DNA of 64,000 nt from Diplonema japonicum. Lineage: Eukaryota > Protista > Euglenozoa: Diplonemea. The stretch is taken from positions 186,001 through 250,000 of the forward strand of contig OZ025755.1 in NCBI GenBank assembly GCA_964019335.1. The letters are read 5' to 3'. Shown here piece after piece: positions 18,611-31,490 of the stretch (positions are counted from its first letter, which is position 1; the number at the start of each line of letters is the position of its first letter). The notes under the pieces were generated by a model, which made no database searches, had not been told where the DNA came from, and saw only the letters and a list, made by a program, of their open reading frames with translations. The position numbers and the translations under genes were made by a program.

Positions 18611-21600
18611 TCAATCAGCATGCTCATCAAACCTGTGCGTGGGGTGGGTGGGTGTTTTTTTTTTTTTTTTAAATACCTGAAACTCTCAAAAATTGTGAGA
18701 TCCTGAAGTTTTTTCGCGGTGGTTTCCAGATCCTTCCAAGGGGGCAAATCGAGGGTGCAGATGCAAGCATGCGCGGTGGGATAAGAATCGGGGGTGAGGT
18801 GCGACCCATGTGAGAGCGTAAACTTATGCCTACCACCGTTGTACCCAACCAAGCAAGCGAACCCACCATGAGGGACACGACGGGATCCGGTAGTGTACTG
18901 CAGGATCTTCTTAAGCTGGTCCTGGCTGAAGGTCTTCAACACCGCCCAGAAAAATTCCACAACCTTCGAAGCCGATCCCGAAAAACCTGTAACGACAGAA
19001 TTTTTCTCCCAATCCACAATATCCAAAACATCTACTCCACTAACCATGTGACACATCGCGGCCCCTGTCACATATTCCCTGGCGTCCTGAAGGACTTTTT
19101 CGGAGAAGATTGCATGGAAGCCCCGTTTCACCGCTGCTAACTCTCTCTTCACACCTGAAAGCTCCATCCGCTTTTCCAAAATATCAAGGTAGACTTTTTT
19201 GTTCCCCTCCGTGATCTTTAAAGTCTGCCCACCAGGAACAAGCTCTTCATATATTAAACCATCGACCGTTCTCTTTACGTCTCCTTCCGACAATATATGC
19301 AAATCTGGGTGGTAATATGCCTCATTGTTGTGATCAGTCGGGCCTTGGTGAATCATGTCAGAGAAGTACAGGTCAACGCCGATGGAGTCCACGGGGTTGT
19401 TTTGAAGCCATTCGAGCTTTTTGTTGTCCTTTAGTGTTAGTTCGTCGTCGGTGTTTGTGATAGCATCGCAGCCGAGGATTAGAGACCAAACAGCTGGGTG
19501 CAACGGGAGGTCTATGGTTATCCGGTGCCACAGCGAGAGAGAGAGGAGTCTCCCGAGCGCGACAAATTCTTTTTCCCATGTTGGTGATGTGAATTTTCGA
19601 ACGGGGTTTGGGATGTAATGTGAAGGACAGGAATCGGGCTGTGATAATATGAGATTTTCCGGGTTGCAAAAAACTTGTTGTGCGACAAGATCTGCCCATT
19701 CACGAGCGACTGCGGAACCGATTGAAGATTCATCTGTGAATCGGACTTCTAGAACGTTTTGAAGGTTATTTGAACCAAGCCCGACTTTGTTAGTCATCAT
19801 GGTGATGACAGAGTCAAGGATATCTCCACCACGGGTCGCCTCGACAAAAACGGTGTCATCTTGTTCCCAAAGATCTTCGGGGGAAAGATCGCGCAAGTTA
19901 CGGCGAATCAACCACTGTCGCTGTTCATCAGGTCCCATTTTCGCTGTTAGTTCTGACAGAATCTTTTTGTTGTCTTCGTTCGTGCTCTCGGAGCGGTTTA
20001 ACACCTCTGCAAGGTTCCATGCTTCGATCAACGGGTGCGACATTGTTTCATCTGTATCGGTTCTTTCATCCGTTGTTGTTGTGAACATTGTTGTGAATTG
20101 TATGTTCGTCTCGTTCCACAATCCGATCCACGACGGGACCTTATGTTTCCTTTTGATCTTCGAATCGTCTTCCAGGTTTTTCAAGAGGACGTCTCGTAGA
20201 ATAGCTATTTGTTCCCCGCCGTTTTTTGTTTCCGCGATGTCTCCCAACAATTTCAACGCAGGCTGCGACACCGATGCCAACCGCGAGAGCGCCATTAAAA
20301 ACGGTTTGAAAACCCAGGATTTCAAAACAGGTTGTACACCACATCTTGTTTTAAACGAGAGTTTTCTGATCGCCGTGCACGCCACCGGTGTGAATATCGA
20401 ATTATCGGTGATGTCAATTGACGATACCAAATACATCAACGAGTCCAGTATCCATTGTGGTAATGGGGTTGGTGGTGGGGTATTGCCTGTTTGGTTTGTC
20501 GATTGGTTCAAGTGAAGGGTTATCAGATTACTCTGCTTGACAACCCACTCCACGACGAAATCTTTCGAAAGCATTATAGGCACGCATATCGAAGAAACTC
20601 GTTCATCCCGCGTCACCGCAACCGCCCGAACCAACACTGTCAAACAATCATGATGAGAAAGAAACGAATCTTCCAACACTTTATCATCCATTGTCGGTTC
20701 GTCAAAAACCCTTTCCAACCACGTCAATGCGGAAAACCTCGGTGTTAAATAAGGACACCCACATACAGGTACAACCGGTTCATCTGAATCTTGTTCTGTT
20801 GAAATGGTTCGAAGCCATGCGGATATAAATGAGAAGCAGGAGTTTAACGCTGATTCAGACACATGTTGAGATTGATCTTGAGTCGCCAGGATGGTCAAAG
20901 CGTACGCCGCGTACTTTGCAATTCCATGGTGAATATGCCACCCTATTTGGACGGCGTCCCGCAGGGCGGCGACAACATTTGAAACGCACGACATTGCAAC
21001 GATTTTCCCAGGGACAACCTGGATGATTCTAGATAATACGAAAGTTGTTGCATCGCAATAATCCACGGGACCGGAGGAGAACACCCACGGCGACACCATG
21101 CTGGCGTCGAATATCGCGCATTCTACGATTTCTGTTATTATTTGTGTGACTTCTGAAGAGTTGTCATCGATGTACTTTTGAATGCTTGCCTCGTCATCGG
21201 AGTCCAATATGTCGATAAAGGATTTGCACTCGCTCAGACCAAGCATTTTAAAGTAGTTTTCAAACCCCAGTAGCGTTTCTTTTTGCAGGGTGCGGGACAT
21301 TAGGTGAGTGTGGCCCTTTTTGAAGTAGAGGATCGCGTCGAATTGCCTGTTCAACTGCATTGAAGCGATGCCTGCGGCGATCCATGCTTTGTCATAAGTA
21401 GGGGTGAGTTGTGTTGCTAGGATCGCGTCGTCGGCGGCTTCGTGATATTTTCCCATTTCGCAGAAGCAGAAGGAGCGTAAAACCAAGCATTTCGGACTCT
21501 CTAAGAGCTTTCCGAAGAGGGTTGCTGCTTTCTCGTAGTTGGCGCTTTCGATTGCTTCTTCCCCTTCCTTTTCCAACCTGTACCTTGTCGCTTCGTCATC

Positions 21601-21753
21601 CTCAATAGACGAGCCGGTGTAGGTTACTGTTTCCCTGTCGGTTTGTTGGTCAATGTTCAGGCACCACACCACCCACCAGTGCAGCACCTCAGTAAACCTC
21701 AAGCAAGTCCACACAACCACGAAAATCACAATGATTATCGATCCAAGTGCCAT
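18611..21753 (-). CDS. HECT E3 ubiquitin ligase with an N-terminal signal anchor and TPRs, 2 exons
   Basis: HECT motifs VRFTDE..GSAVAREW, EELVPGG...ITEGNK, FFWAVL, LQYTTGS.RVP.GGF, PTAHACICTLDLPP. Exons 21753-18677 and 18632-18611 give the end ...ESFRFDEHAD*. Confidence 0.9.
18633..18676 (-). other. Intron (44 nt)
   Basis: GTATTT(A)16 CACCCACCCACCCCACGCACAG; removal gives a HECT-like C-terminus. Confidence 0.8.
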
Positions 21754-21775
21754 GCATTTTTTTTTTTTCCCCCCT

Positions 21776-21810
<35 letters not shown>

Positions 21811-22585
21811 TTGTAATTGCGGAAAATGTGGGAAAATAATTTTTTTTTTTATTTGTTGGGAAAGAGTGTCCGGAGATATTGGTGGGGGATGAAAAATTGG
21901 GGGGGGGGGTGTGGGTGGGGAGAGTAATATGACACGGGATTTGGTTTTTTTTTTTTTTTTTTTTGTTTGTTTTTTTTTAAAATTTTCTCTTGGGGGGAGG
22001 GGAAAAAAAAACCCTTACGTTTTCACGAGTTTTTACCCTCGAATTTTTTTTTTTTAAAGGGGTGGCAGGGGGTCGAAACCACTGTAGTTACAGAAACCAA
22101 ACCCCAATCATCCCCCGCCCAAAAAAATTTTTTTTTGATAAAAACGTAGGGCTCCCCCTTTTTTTTCTTTTTTCTTTTTTTTCCTCTTTTCTCCCCCCAT
22201 TCCCGACAACCTTCGCTAACGTAAGAAAAAAAAAAAAAAAGTAATAAGACAGTTCTTTGCCCAACCATAAAATACTCGGAATATTTTCTCTTAAAAAAAA
22301 TATAAAAAGAAAAAAAAGCAAAGGCATCAAAAAAAAGGGGGGGGGTGTTCCTTGAATAACATAATGAATGGTGAGGGAGGGTGCAGGAAAGAAGTAATAG
22401 TGTGGAAAAAGAAAATTGGGGAATAAAAAAAAAAAAAAAAAACATAAACATTATAACTATTATGGAGCATCACGTACTGCCCTACAAGCATGGCTAGAGT
22501 ACTGGGGTTGAAGGAGGGAAGTGTCGAACAGTTCACGGGAAGGCGCTCGGCCAGTGTGTAGCAGGCTTGTCAGCTGCCTCCCCTG

Positions 22586-24146
22586 CTAATGGTCAGTAGG
22601 GAAGTGTTCCTCCTTCGCTACGGGTTCCTCGACAACAGGCATAGTTGAATGGGGAGCAGGCTCTTCGGCAACGGGCTCGACTACAGGTTCCTCAGCAGCA
22701 GTTGCTTGTTCCCTAGAAACATCTTCTGTGGCAAGGGGGGTGGGTACTTCCTCTTTCTCGACAGGCACAGCCTCAGAAGGTTCCTCTTTTGTGTCTTCAA
22801 TTTCAGGTTTCTCAGCAGCAGTTGTTTGTTCCCCAGAAACATCCTCTGTGGTGGGCACTTCCTCCTTCGCTACGGGTTCCTTGGCAACAGGCATAGTTGC
22901 ATGGGGAGCAGGCTCTTCGGCAACGGGCTCGACTACAGGCTCCTCAGCAGCAGTTGCTTGTTCCCCAGAAACATCTTCTGTGGCAAGGGGGGTGGGTACT
23001 TCCTCTTTCTCGACAGGCACAGCCTCAGAAGGTTCCTCAGGTTGCTCAGCAGCAGTTGCTTGTTCCCCAGAAACATCCTCTGTGGCGGGCACTTCCTCGA
23101 CAACTGCAGGCTCCTCAACTGTTGTTTGTTCCCCAGAAACATGGGGTTTCTCTACAGGCACTTCCTCCTTCACATTCTCGAAAGGTTCTTCTTTGGTGTT
23201 TTCAATTTCAGGTTTTTCAGTAGCAGTTGTTTGTTCCCCAGAAACATCGGGTTTCTCTACAGGCACAACCTCCTTTGGCACAAGAGAAGGTTTTTCTTTG
23301 ACATCTTCCAATACAGGCACTACGGGTTCCTTTGACACAACGGGGGGGGAAGGTTCTTCACTCGCTGTCCTTTGTTCAACAACCGGGGTAGAAGGCACAG
23401 TTTTTTTCAGTGCGGGTGTTTCGGGAGCCTTCGGTCTCGGGCACATGTTGGTCTTCTTCACGGCCTCCTCGTTCCGTTTGGCATCCTCTTTTTTTTTCTT
23501 GTCGGCGAGCTTTTTTTCTTCGCGTTCCTTTTGCTTGCGCTGGCGCTCCTCCTTGGCCTTGTGATTCTTCACAGCGATGTCGAAAGTCTGCTGGAAGTCG
23601 ATAATCTGAGAGAAGAACAGTGCAGGATCAAACTGGTGGGGGTCCTCACCGTAGAAGCTAGCCAGCTCGTCCGTTTTCGTGGTCAGGATTTCAGACCGCT
23701 CAGACAACGCTTGCACAGATTCTGTGTGGTTATATATAGAAAACCAAAAAAAAAAAAAAAAAAAAAAAATGAATACCGCTGTGAGAGGTCACGAAGGAGG
23801 CCATCATATTCCGGTACTTATCGTCGGTTTCCGTAAATGTTTTCCCCAATCTTCGTTTTAAAGACTCGGTCCCCTTGTGCAGCATTTGTGCACCCTTCGC
23901 CAAGTCGGATATGGAGATTGCCCTCGCGGCCATTACAGGGCGTAGTTCCTGGGTGAACCCTTGCAGCTCCGGGTTCTTCTGCAACACGGAGATTACGACA
24001 AAATCCATCAACGAGGTCTGCCCGTCGTTCGACTTGACCGAAGAAAGCTGCGAGAGATTCTCCATAGAGAACCCCATGGCACCCCCGTGCGTTGTCCCCT
24101 GGTTCATCGTGTTGCCGACGTAAAGGACGATTTTAAGAATCTGTGT

Positions 24147-24181
<35 letters not shown>

Positions 24182-26553
24182 CAAACCTGGGAAAACTTGC
24201 TATCGGTCAACGAAAGAGCGTGGATAGCAGTCTGGTAAATATCCATGTCCCTGACCACCTCCTTGTGGTGCTTTTCAAACTCTAGTGTGAAGATCCAATT
24301 TCTCAGCCTCTCCGACAGGTCCGGCATCTCCGTGCCCATCAGGTGCATGTACGTTTCAGAAAGACCCCATTTAATGTCAGGTGTAGTCTCCTTTTCCCTG
24401 ATTAACGCTTTGACCTCGTCTTCTTGTGGCAAGATGGATTGAAGGCCTTCGAGAGCTTCTTGAGGGAGTTTTTGTAAGTCGCATGAGGTGACGCCCGATT
24501 TGATCTCTTGTGCGGACATCTTGACGAAGCTGAGCACGATGCCGACGTTGGTCGCGCGGGCGCCTGGGAGTGCTGTGGAGAGCTTTTCTTTCTTCGCGTC
24601 CTCTGCGTTGGCCTGCTTCTTCTTCTCCACTTTTTTCTTCTCGAACATCTGTTGCAGGAGGTCGACATCGAAGGCGGTTTCCGCCTTCTCCTCTTCCTTC
24701 CCTTGCAGGCTGCCCCACAGCGTTGAATTCGTCACGTTCATATGCTTTACTTTCTTCCAATGGAAGGTTTTCATTTTGGAACCAGCACCTTTCATTCCAG
24801 GAGGCGGTGGCGGCGGCGCGCCTTTTTTCCCACCTTTTCCTCCAGGCGGTGGCGGTGGTGGTGGTCCGTTTTTCCCGCCTTTTCCAGGTGGTGGAGGAGG
24901 TGGTGGCGGTCCACCTTTTCCACCCTTTCCTGGTGGAGGAGGAGGCGGTGCACCACCTTTTCCAGGTTGCGGTGGTGGAGCAGGCGCTCCTTTAGGTGGC
25001 GGCGGCGGCGATGGTGCTCCACCAGGAGGAGGGGGTGCACCACCACCACCACCGGAAGGAGGAGGAGGAGGAGTGGGAGGGGGTTTTTTTCGCAACGGCG
25101 ACTCCTCGAACATTTTGTTGAGATCGGCATCGGTGGTACCAGGGCCGATAGACATTCTGTTGTTCTTGTTGGCACAAAATGAGTTGGATAGAGATCGTTC
25201 GGAAGGCGAACCTGTGCGGGCACCGCTGACAGACCGACGTTTCTTCCGCTTCTCCCTCTCTGCTATGATAAATTCCTCGTCGATCACCTCGCCGATTTGC
25301 TTTTTGAAATCCGTGATACAATTGCTAAACTCGCGGTATGTCTGGCTACGTTTCACGGCATATGCATAGTCATCGTCCTCGTCGTCGGAGTAGTAAACAG
25401 AATTCTCCATCGCGCCGAACGCGTACGCAGTAACATAAGGCTGCGGTTCCATCGAACTGCTGTAATCAGAATGATCAGAATCTGTTTCAGAATAGTCGTC
25501 GGGAGGGGGTGCTTTGTCAACGCGATCTATCAACGAACGGATGAATGTTTCGTCGGCTTGATTTTGGTCAGCGGAATGGTTCGGTTGCTGTTCTTGCCTG
25601 AAATCGAGGGTGATGTAGAAGTTTTCCGGAACGTGTTGGTATGAGAAATCGCAGGCGAAGTCTAAAATTTCCCTGGGAACCTTTATGCTTGCAGGGATCT
25701 GTGGGAGGAACAACGTGGAATAGGTGAAACGGAAAAGCGGTTCTCTCCTGAGCTTCCCTCGTTTCCGATCGCTGATCAATGTTGTGTACTGTACCATTAC
25801 GTCTCCGAGCAATGGGACGTCCAAGGAAACCTGGCCGTCCTTGATATTTGTTACCTCATCGGTTAAGGTACAAACGGGTTTCCACTCATGGTCTTTATCC
25901 TTTGCTTGAATCTCGATTTCAAAGGAATCTTGTGACCATGCTGGTGCGTTGCAGATACTTAACTTGTGGAGGTGGACGCGTTGGTCACACGGGATCTGGT
26001 TGACAATAAACAGAAGCGCGAAATAATTTGTATATCGTTCAAATGATGGGGCGTATACTGGTTTCTGTTTCACACCGAGTTCTATCACCTTTTGAAGCGC
26101 TTTCTCCGGTTTTTGATGAAATATTTTGGTGCTGGTGTCCCTAAATATCAACAGACACGCCGCGAGCAATGGTGCCGGGTCGTAGCCTTCTACTTGTGTG
26201 ATAACGATGCACCGGTTTGACGGGGAGCATTTTAGCCATCTGTCCACGGTGTGGCATGTGTCCAGCAGAAACAGAAAATCTTCGCAATATCGTTGGCCGT
26301 AATGGAAGAGGTGCCCGTGGAGGAAGATGTCGGCGTAGTCGGTGTTGGTGAAGTTCAGTATCATGTAGTGGCCTTTGAGTTCCTTGTCCAGCCATTTTGC
26401 GGTTCCTTTCAGTGCGCTTGCCTTCTCTCCCGGGTGTTTGTCCTCTACCTGTATCATGAATATCTCTTCTACACCTCTCCCTCCCAGCCTTACTATCGTT
26501 GGATCTGTTGACTTTTTGAACCATTTCAGCTTGTCTGAGAGAGCGCGAAACAT
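22586..26553 (-). CDS. Formin (PTEN-like/C2, FH1, FH2) with an acidic repetitive tail, 3 exons
   Basis: Exons 26553-24187, 24140-23777, 23721-22586; PSFERYTNYF and PLFRFTYSTLF (PTEN/C2); polyproline FH1; FH2 motifs MKTFHWKKV, ILKIVLYVGNTMN, GGAMGFSMENL.QL..VKS, SLMDFV. Confidence 0.92.
22600..23260 (-). repeat. Coding repeats (TEDVSGEQATAAE units) including a 240-bp-spaced duplication
   Basis: 22620-22800 is nearly identical to 22860-23040. Confidence 0.85.
23722..23776 (-). other. Intron (55 nt)
   Basis: GTATTCA(T)~24 GGTTTTCTATATATAACCACACAG; gives SHS-E-SVQAL in frame. Confidence 0.85.
24141..24186 (-). other. Intron (46 nt)
   Basis: GTTTG(A)~34 CACACAG; gives the FH2 motif KFSQ-ILKIVLYVGN. 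Confidence 0.9.
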
Positions 26554-26917
26554 TTTCTTTTTCCGGGGGGGAAGAGAGAAGCGGGGGGGGGGGGGGGGGG
26601 GGGGGAGGAGGGGGAAAGATGGGAGGAGGAAATGGAAAGGTTTTTTTTTTTAAATTCCCCTTCCCTTCCTATCCCTCCTTTCCCCCCACCACTCCCCCCC
26701 CCTCCCCCTCTTCTCTTACTCACCACAGCCCCCCTCTTTTTTTTCTCTCCTTTTTTTTGGTGGTTGGGGGTTTGTGAATAAAAATGGAGATGTACAAAAA
26801 AAAAGGTTTTTTTTTTTTTTTTTTTTTTTTTCCCCTTCAGATGTTGGTTTTTTTTTTTTTTTTTTTGCTCGTGCAATAAAAATTGAGCAGTACTTTGTTT
26901 AAGTACAAAAAAAAAAA

Positions 26918-26960
26918 GATGTCTTTGAAGGGAACCTGTAGTATGTGACAGGATCGCCTT
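26918..26960 (-). mobile_element. Tail-only retroposon copy
   Basis: A run followed by GATGTCTTTGAAGGGAACCTGTAGTATGTGACAGGATCGCCT. Confidence 0.8.
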
Positions 26961-27129
26961 AAAAGAAAAAATCGTTTTCATAATTTCACACGTGTTTTCT
27001 TTTTTTTTTTTTGGTTGCTTTATTCTTTATACTTACTATATATAAATGTATTTCCCCCCCCCCTTTTTTTTGCACAGTAACAATAGACAAATGCTGAAAC
27101 AAAAAAAAACAAAAACAAAAAAAAAAAAT

Positions 27130-28131
27130 CTACTTCCCACCATATAAAGACAGCAGCACGACCCCGGTCCCCGTCAACACCCCGTAGGTCAATATCAACC
27201 CAAGCATGTAGCTCCCACAGGAGTCCACCAGATGGTACTTCCTCTCCGTGTTTTTCAAAAACGTGGACAGTTCCGCCCGCCCGGATCCTTCAACAACGGA
27301 GGCCAACGATGAAGGATGTGGCGCACCAAGGCTCAACAACGCTGCAACTGTAGGCATAAAACCACCTTGACAGGCTATTTCAACAGGTGTGACAGGGGTT
27401 GCAGAAGGTGTCATCGAGGCACCATGACTAGCAAGTAATCTGACAAGGCCTGTGTGTCCGTGCAGAGCAGCTACATACAAAGCGGTTCCTCCATCAGACG
27501 AGCGGGGTATTTCAAGTTGAATAGAAGGCGATGAAAGCAGTTCCTTCGCCACGGACGGAAAATCGTATTTCGCCGCCAAATGGAGCGCCGTCTCACCGTT
27601 TGCTAATCGAGAATTAACATTGCATCCTCTACCCAACAAAATCTTGATCAAATGTGAATGCGAATTTCGAGATACAGCGGTCAACGGTGAAATGTTAGCA
27701 CCTGACGTCTTGTAGTCAATATCTATCTCAGGGTGCGTCTTCAACAGGTGAGCCACCACCTTTATGTTTCCCACAGAACATGCAGTTACAAACACACTGT
27801 TCCATGTTGGTTTTGAAATGTTTTCTCCTATTTTGTCGATGGCGGGGATGTCGTGGTTTAAGCAGGCTTTCTTGCACGCCAGGACCGCCAGGTTTTCGCG
27901 TTCTTTTTCGCCGGCGAGTCGTGCTACGATGCTGAGCATGGCGCTGGTGCCGTCCAGTGTGTCAGAGAGTTGTCGGTCGGCGTCGTGGTCGAGAAGAAAT
28001 TCAACGATCAGGAGCTTCAGGTCCGCCGGGAGGCGTGCATAATGCAAAGACAGTTTGATCTTGCCTAGAGTGGCGCGGGTGCAGAGCCCGAGGGTTACCT
28101 CCCGTTTCTGAGAGCTTGAAAGCGTGTTCAT
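27130..28131 (-). CDS. Ankyrin-repeat protein with a C-terminal transmembrane anchor
   Basis: GETALHLAA, GGTALYVAALHGH..LVRLL..HGA, TPVEIAC..G; hydrophobic C-terminus. Confidence 0.88.
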   Translation of the reverse strand: MNTLSSSQKREVTLGLCTRATLGKIKLSLHYARLPADLKLLIVEFLLDHDADRQLSDTLDGTSAMLSIVARLAGEKERENLAVLACKKACLNHDIPAIDKIGENISKPTWNSVFVTACSVGNIKVVAHLLKTHPEIDIDYKTSGANISPLTAVSRNSHSHLIKILLGRGCNVNSRLANGETALHLAAKYDFPSVAKELLSSPSIQLEIPRSSDGGTALYVAALHGHTGLVRLLASHGASMTPSATPVTPVEIACQGGFMPTVAALLSLGAPHPSSLASVVEGSGRAELSTFLKNTERKYHLVDSCGSYMLGLILTYGVLTGTGVVLLSLYGGK

Positions 28132-29509
28132 GGTCGCATTTTTTTTTTTTTTTTTTTTTTTTTCCCCCTTGTACTAAAAATTTTTACCGGGGGAAAAAAA
28201 AATTTTTTTTGGGGAGGAAACGATGGGGGGGGGGGGGCGGGGAAAAAAATGAGAAAGAGAAAGCACGGCTTTGGGGGTGGGGAGGGAAAAAAAAGGGGGG
28301 AAAATGGTGGGGGGTTGGGGGAGGAATAAAAAAAAAAAAGAGGCAGGAAAAATAAAATCGACGAGGTGTGAAAAAGCGCACAACAAAAAAAAGAAAATGG
28401 AGTAAGGAAAAAAAATAAAGAGAGAAAAAGAGGGGGGGGGTGAACATAATATAACGAGTCCTACAAAAGATGGTGAAATATGCGGGGGGAGAGGGGGGGG
28501 GGGGAGAAACAACATCATCTCCCTGTATATCCCCCCCCCCCCCCCCCGGTGGTCCCCCCTTCTTTTTTTGAGAATTACAACAAATTAAAAAAAAAAACCT
28601 TGATCGTCAAATCGGTTTATTCTACCACAGTCGGTTCCAAAGTTATAACGGTTTACTAGCGGTAGGTGTGGGGGGGCAATCCCCCCTCCCTTTTTTTTCC
28701 CCCGAGTGATTGTTGTAGTGTAGGTACCGTTACACTACCTGGACCGAGGCAAAACAAAAAGAAAAAAAAACTTTCAAAAGAGTTAAGTGGTGGAAAAAAA
28801 AAACAAAACAAAAAAAAGAAAGTAATGGGGCGGTGGGGATAAGGACGAGGGGGTAAAGAAGAAAACCAGCAGTAAAAAAAAAAAAAAAAAAAAAAAAATA
28901 CCCCGCGTCTCTCTCTTTTTTTTTTTACTTCCTTTATGTCTTTTCTTTCTTTTATACACTCAGGGAGGGGGGGGGGGGGGGGGCAACACATCTCAGTAAA
29001 ATCAAAAAAAATCAAAAAAAGGGGGGGGGGCAGTGGAAACAAAGGGCATTCCATTCCCACTACTATTTTTTGTTGGTCCCCCCCCCCCCCCCCCCCCCCG
29101 CGTTCCCGCGCTACAATTTTCCAGTGGAGGAGGGTGTGGGTGGGGGGTATGATAAGAAGAAAAAATTCAAAAAAAAAAGATTTTTTAAGGCGAAAAGGAG
29201 AGGGAAAAAAGTTTTTTTTGGGGGGTCCCCCCTGTTTTCTATTTGATGAACGCCAGGAACTCTAAAACCCCGTTTTAGCACTAATGGAGTGACCACAAAA
29301 ACTCCTTCAGGTGAGTACGCTCGAACAAATTTCCCCCTCAGAGCAAGTACTGAATTTTGACGAATTTTTTAGAGATATGGCTGCAAAGAATTACTGGCGC
29401 AGAATAAACTATTCTCAGCACGTGGTAGTAAAAAAGGATGATGGGAAATATTTATTCGGTTTTTGGGATGCCTGTCTCTGCAGACCCTTAAAAAAAAAGG
29501 GGGTAAGAG

Positions 29510-29540
<31 letters not shown>

Positions 29541-30308
29541 CTTGGATATCTGGACCCTTTTGGGTCTGGGTCTGATTTATCAATTTAACAAAAATGTGTC
29601 TATTCTTTCAATATTTTTAAGACTTTTTCTCTCTCCTTTCCAGTTTCCCTACTTTAAAGCTATAAAAAAAAAAAAAAAAAAAAAACCGTCCAAATAAATA
29701 AAAAAAAAAAAAATCTCTCAAGGAAACAAAGAAAGAAAAGAGAAAGGGGTGAAAAAGAAATTTAAAAAAATTAGATGTGGGATGCAACAAGTAACAAAAA
29801 AAAAAGAATAAAAAAAGGACTTAGCTCGCTGAAAATATGGAGAAAGAGATAAGAGAGGGGGGGAAAAAAAACCACAAAATAATGTAGAGAGTATGTAAGG
29901 TGGTGCCATTAGCAACGATCCCTGACCTTTTCTATTTTCTTCTTCTTTTTTTTTTCCTCTCCCTGTCGTAGTCCTCTTTATGACTTATGTCTTCTGCTGT
30001 TTCGCAATGAGTACAAAAAAGAGGAACTGGCCGTTGTTTGTACGTGCCGGGTAAAACCTGGAGAAGTTTGTCAACCCGAAACGAAACACGTTGCCAACGT
30101 TCCCCTTTTGTTTAGACAAGTCAAAGACTCGTTCTTGCAAAAAACTCGGCATATTTGGGCCATAAGGATACTTTTTTTTTTTTTCAAGAAGAAAAATCAA
30201 AACTATTAAAATGGGGACAGGTCTTTTTTTTTTTTTTTTTTTTTTTTTTACGCGGGATTTTTGATCTTAAAGTTTACTGGGGGTAACACCACAGATCGCA
30301 TTTGGCGT

Positions 30309-30352
<44 letters not shown>

Positions 30353-31239
30353 CTCACTATTCAGCCTGCGACTCATGATCCCCATAAATAAGCAAATTTA
30401 AAAAAAGTTACCCTGTGCTGTTGGTTCTCTCCCTCTCTCTCTCTTTTTTTTTGTGGTAATTTTCTTGCGGCAACTTGTGGGCTAATTTCATTCCCTCCCT
30501 TGCCGAATCTCCATTGGAGTAAAGAAAAAAAAATTCATTATGACGGGGAAAAAAAAAAAAAAAAAAAGGTAAAAATGTGAATCACGGTTTTTTAAAATCA
30601 AAAAAAAAAACTTTTCTTCTTCTTTTTTTTCTTCTTCTTCTTTTTTTTTTCTTTAAAAAATTCTTGGATGTTGAACTTCGTATCCTCTTTGAAATTACCC
30701 GCGTATTAAATTTTTTTACTGAGGGGTGTGTACCTTACTCAAACCTACACCCTTCAATTCAAACGGTATAAAAAAATTCCTTGCCTTAAATAAAAATAGA
30801 CTTGGTTTTGCCTACATTGACTTGGTGACTAGGTGTTTTTTTATTTTTTTTTTTTTTTAATCTGATAGTTCAGAAATTTCTTCACTCCTAACCCCCCCCT
30901 ATAATCTGACTACCCCCCTCTCATAATTTGATAATCCGGGCTATAATTTGATAGCTCAATTATGGGCAGGATTTAGGTGTTTATGGCCCGTGGCTGCCAA
31001 ATTATAGGGGGAAAGTGACATTATTGGGAGCAGAGTGAAATTCTTTTTAACACATTTGGGCTCAAGATCATCAAAAAAAAAAAAAAAAAAAAAAAAAAAA
31101 ACATCAAATGCCGAAAACGAAGAAGGAAGAGAGTCTTCTACCCGAAATAAGCTGGAGTCGCTCATCTTAGGAAATGAAGAAAAACGGCGCTGCCCCCTAC
31201 TTCTCTTTGAACCAAGTACTCCCAGATAAGGGAAAGTGT

Positions 31240-31490
31240 AACCAGAAGGTTGGGGAATGGGACCGTGTCAAACTTTTTTGCAAGCGCTTGCTGAAGAACA
31301 AGGGCCCCCGACGAAAGCATCTACTTTCGAACGGGAGGATCTCGAGGAGCTCATGTCTATGGAGTGACCTGGGTCTGAGCCGCTGAACCGCTTCTTACTG
31401 TACCGTGCTTTGTTTGTATGCGGTTTCTTCGGCTCGGGGGTCTTCGCGTAACGGAGAACTATAACCTGGAAAAATGCAATATCGCAGGTC
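31240..31490 (+). pseudogene. Frameshifted tyrosine recombinase fragment (Crypton-like)
   Basis: Across frameshifts and a stop: VGEWDRVKLFCKRLL / TKASTFEREDLEELM..LLYRALFVCGFFG / GLRVTE / TITWKNA, matching the GxRxxE..xW box I of tyrosine recombinases. Confidence 0.55.

Noticed and set aside
22460-22588. Stop-codon reassignment suggested by the open frame after the formin TAG
   Set aside because: Other genes terminate normally at TAG, TAA and TGA, and no conserved domain in an intact gene contains in-frame stops.
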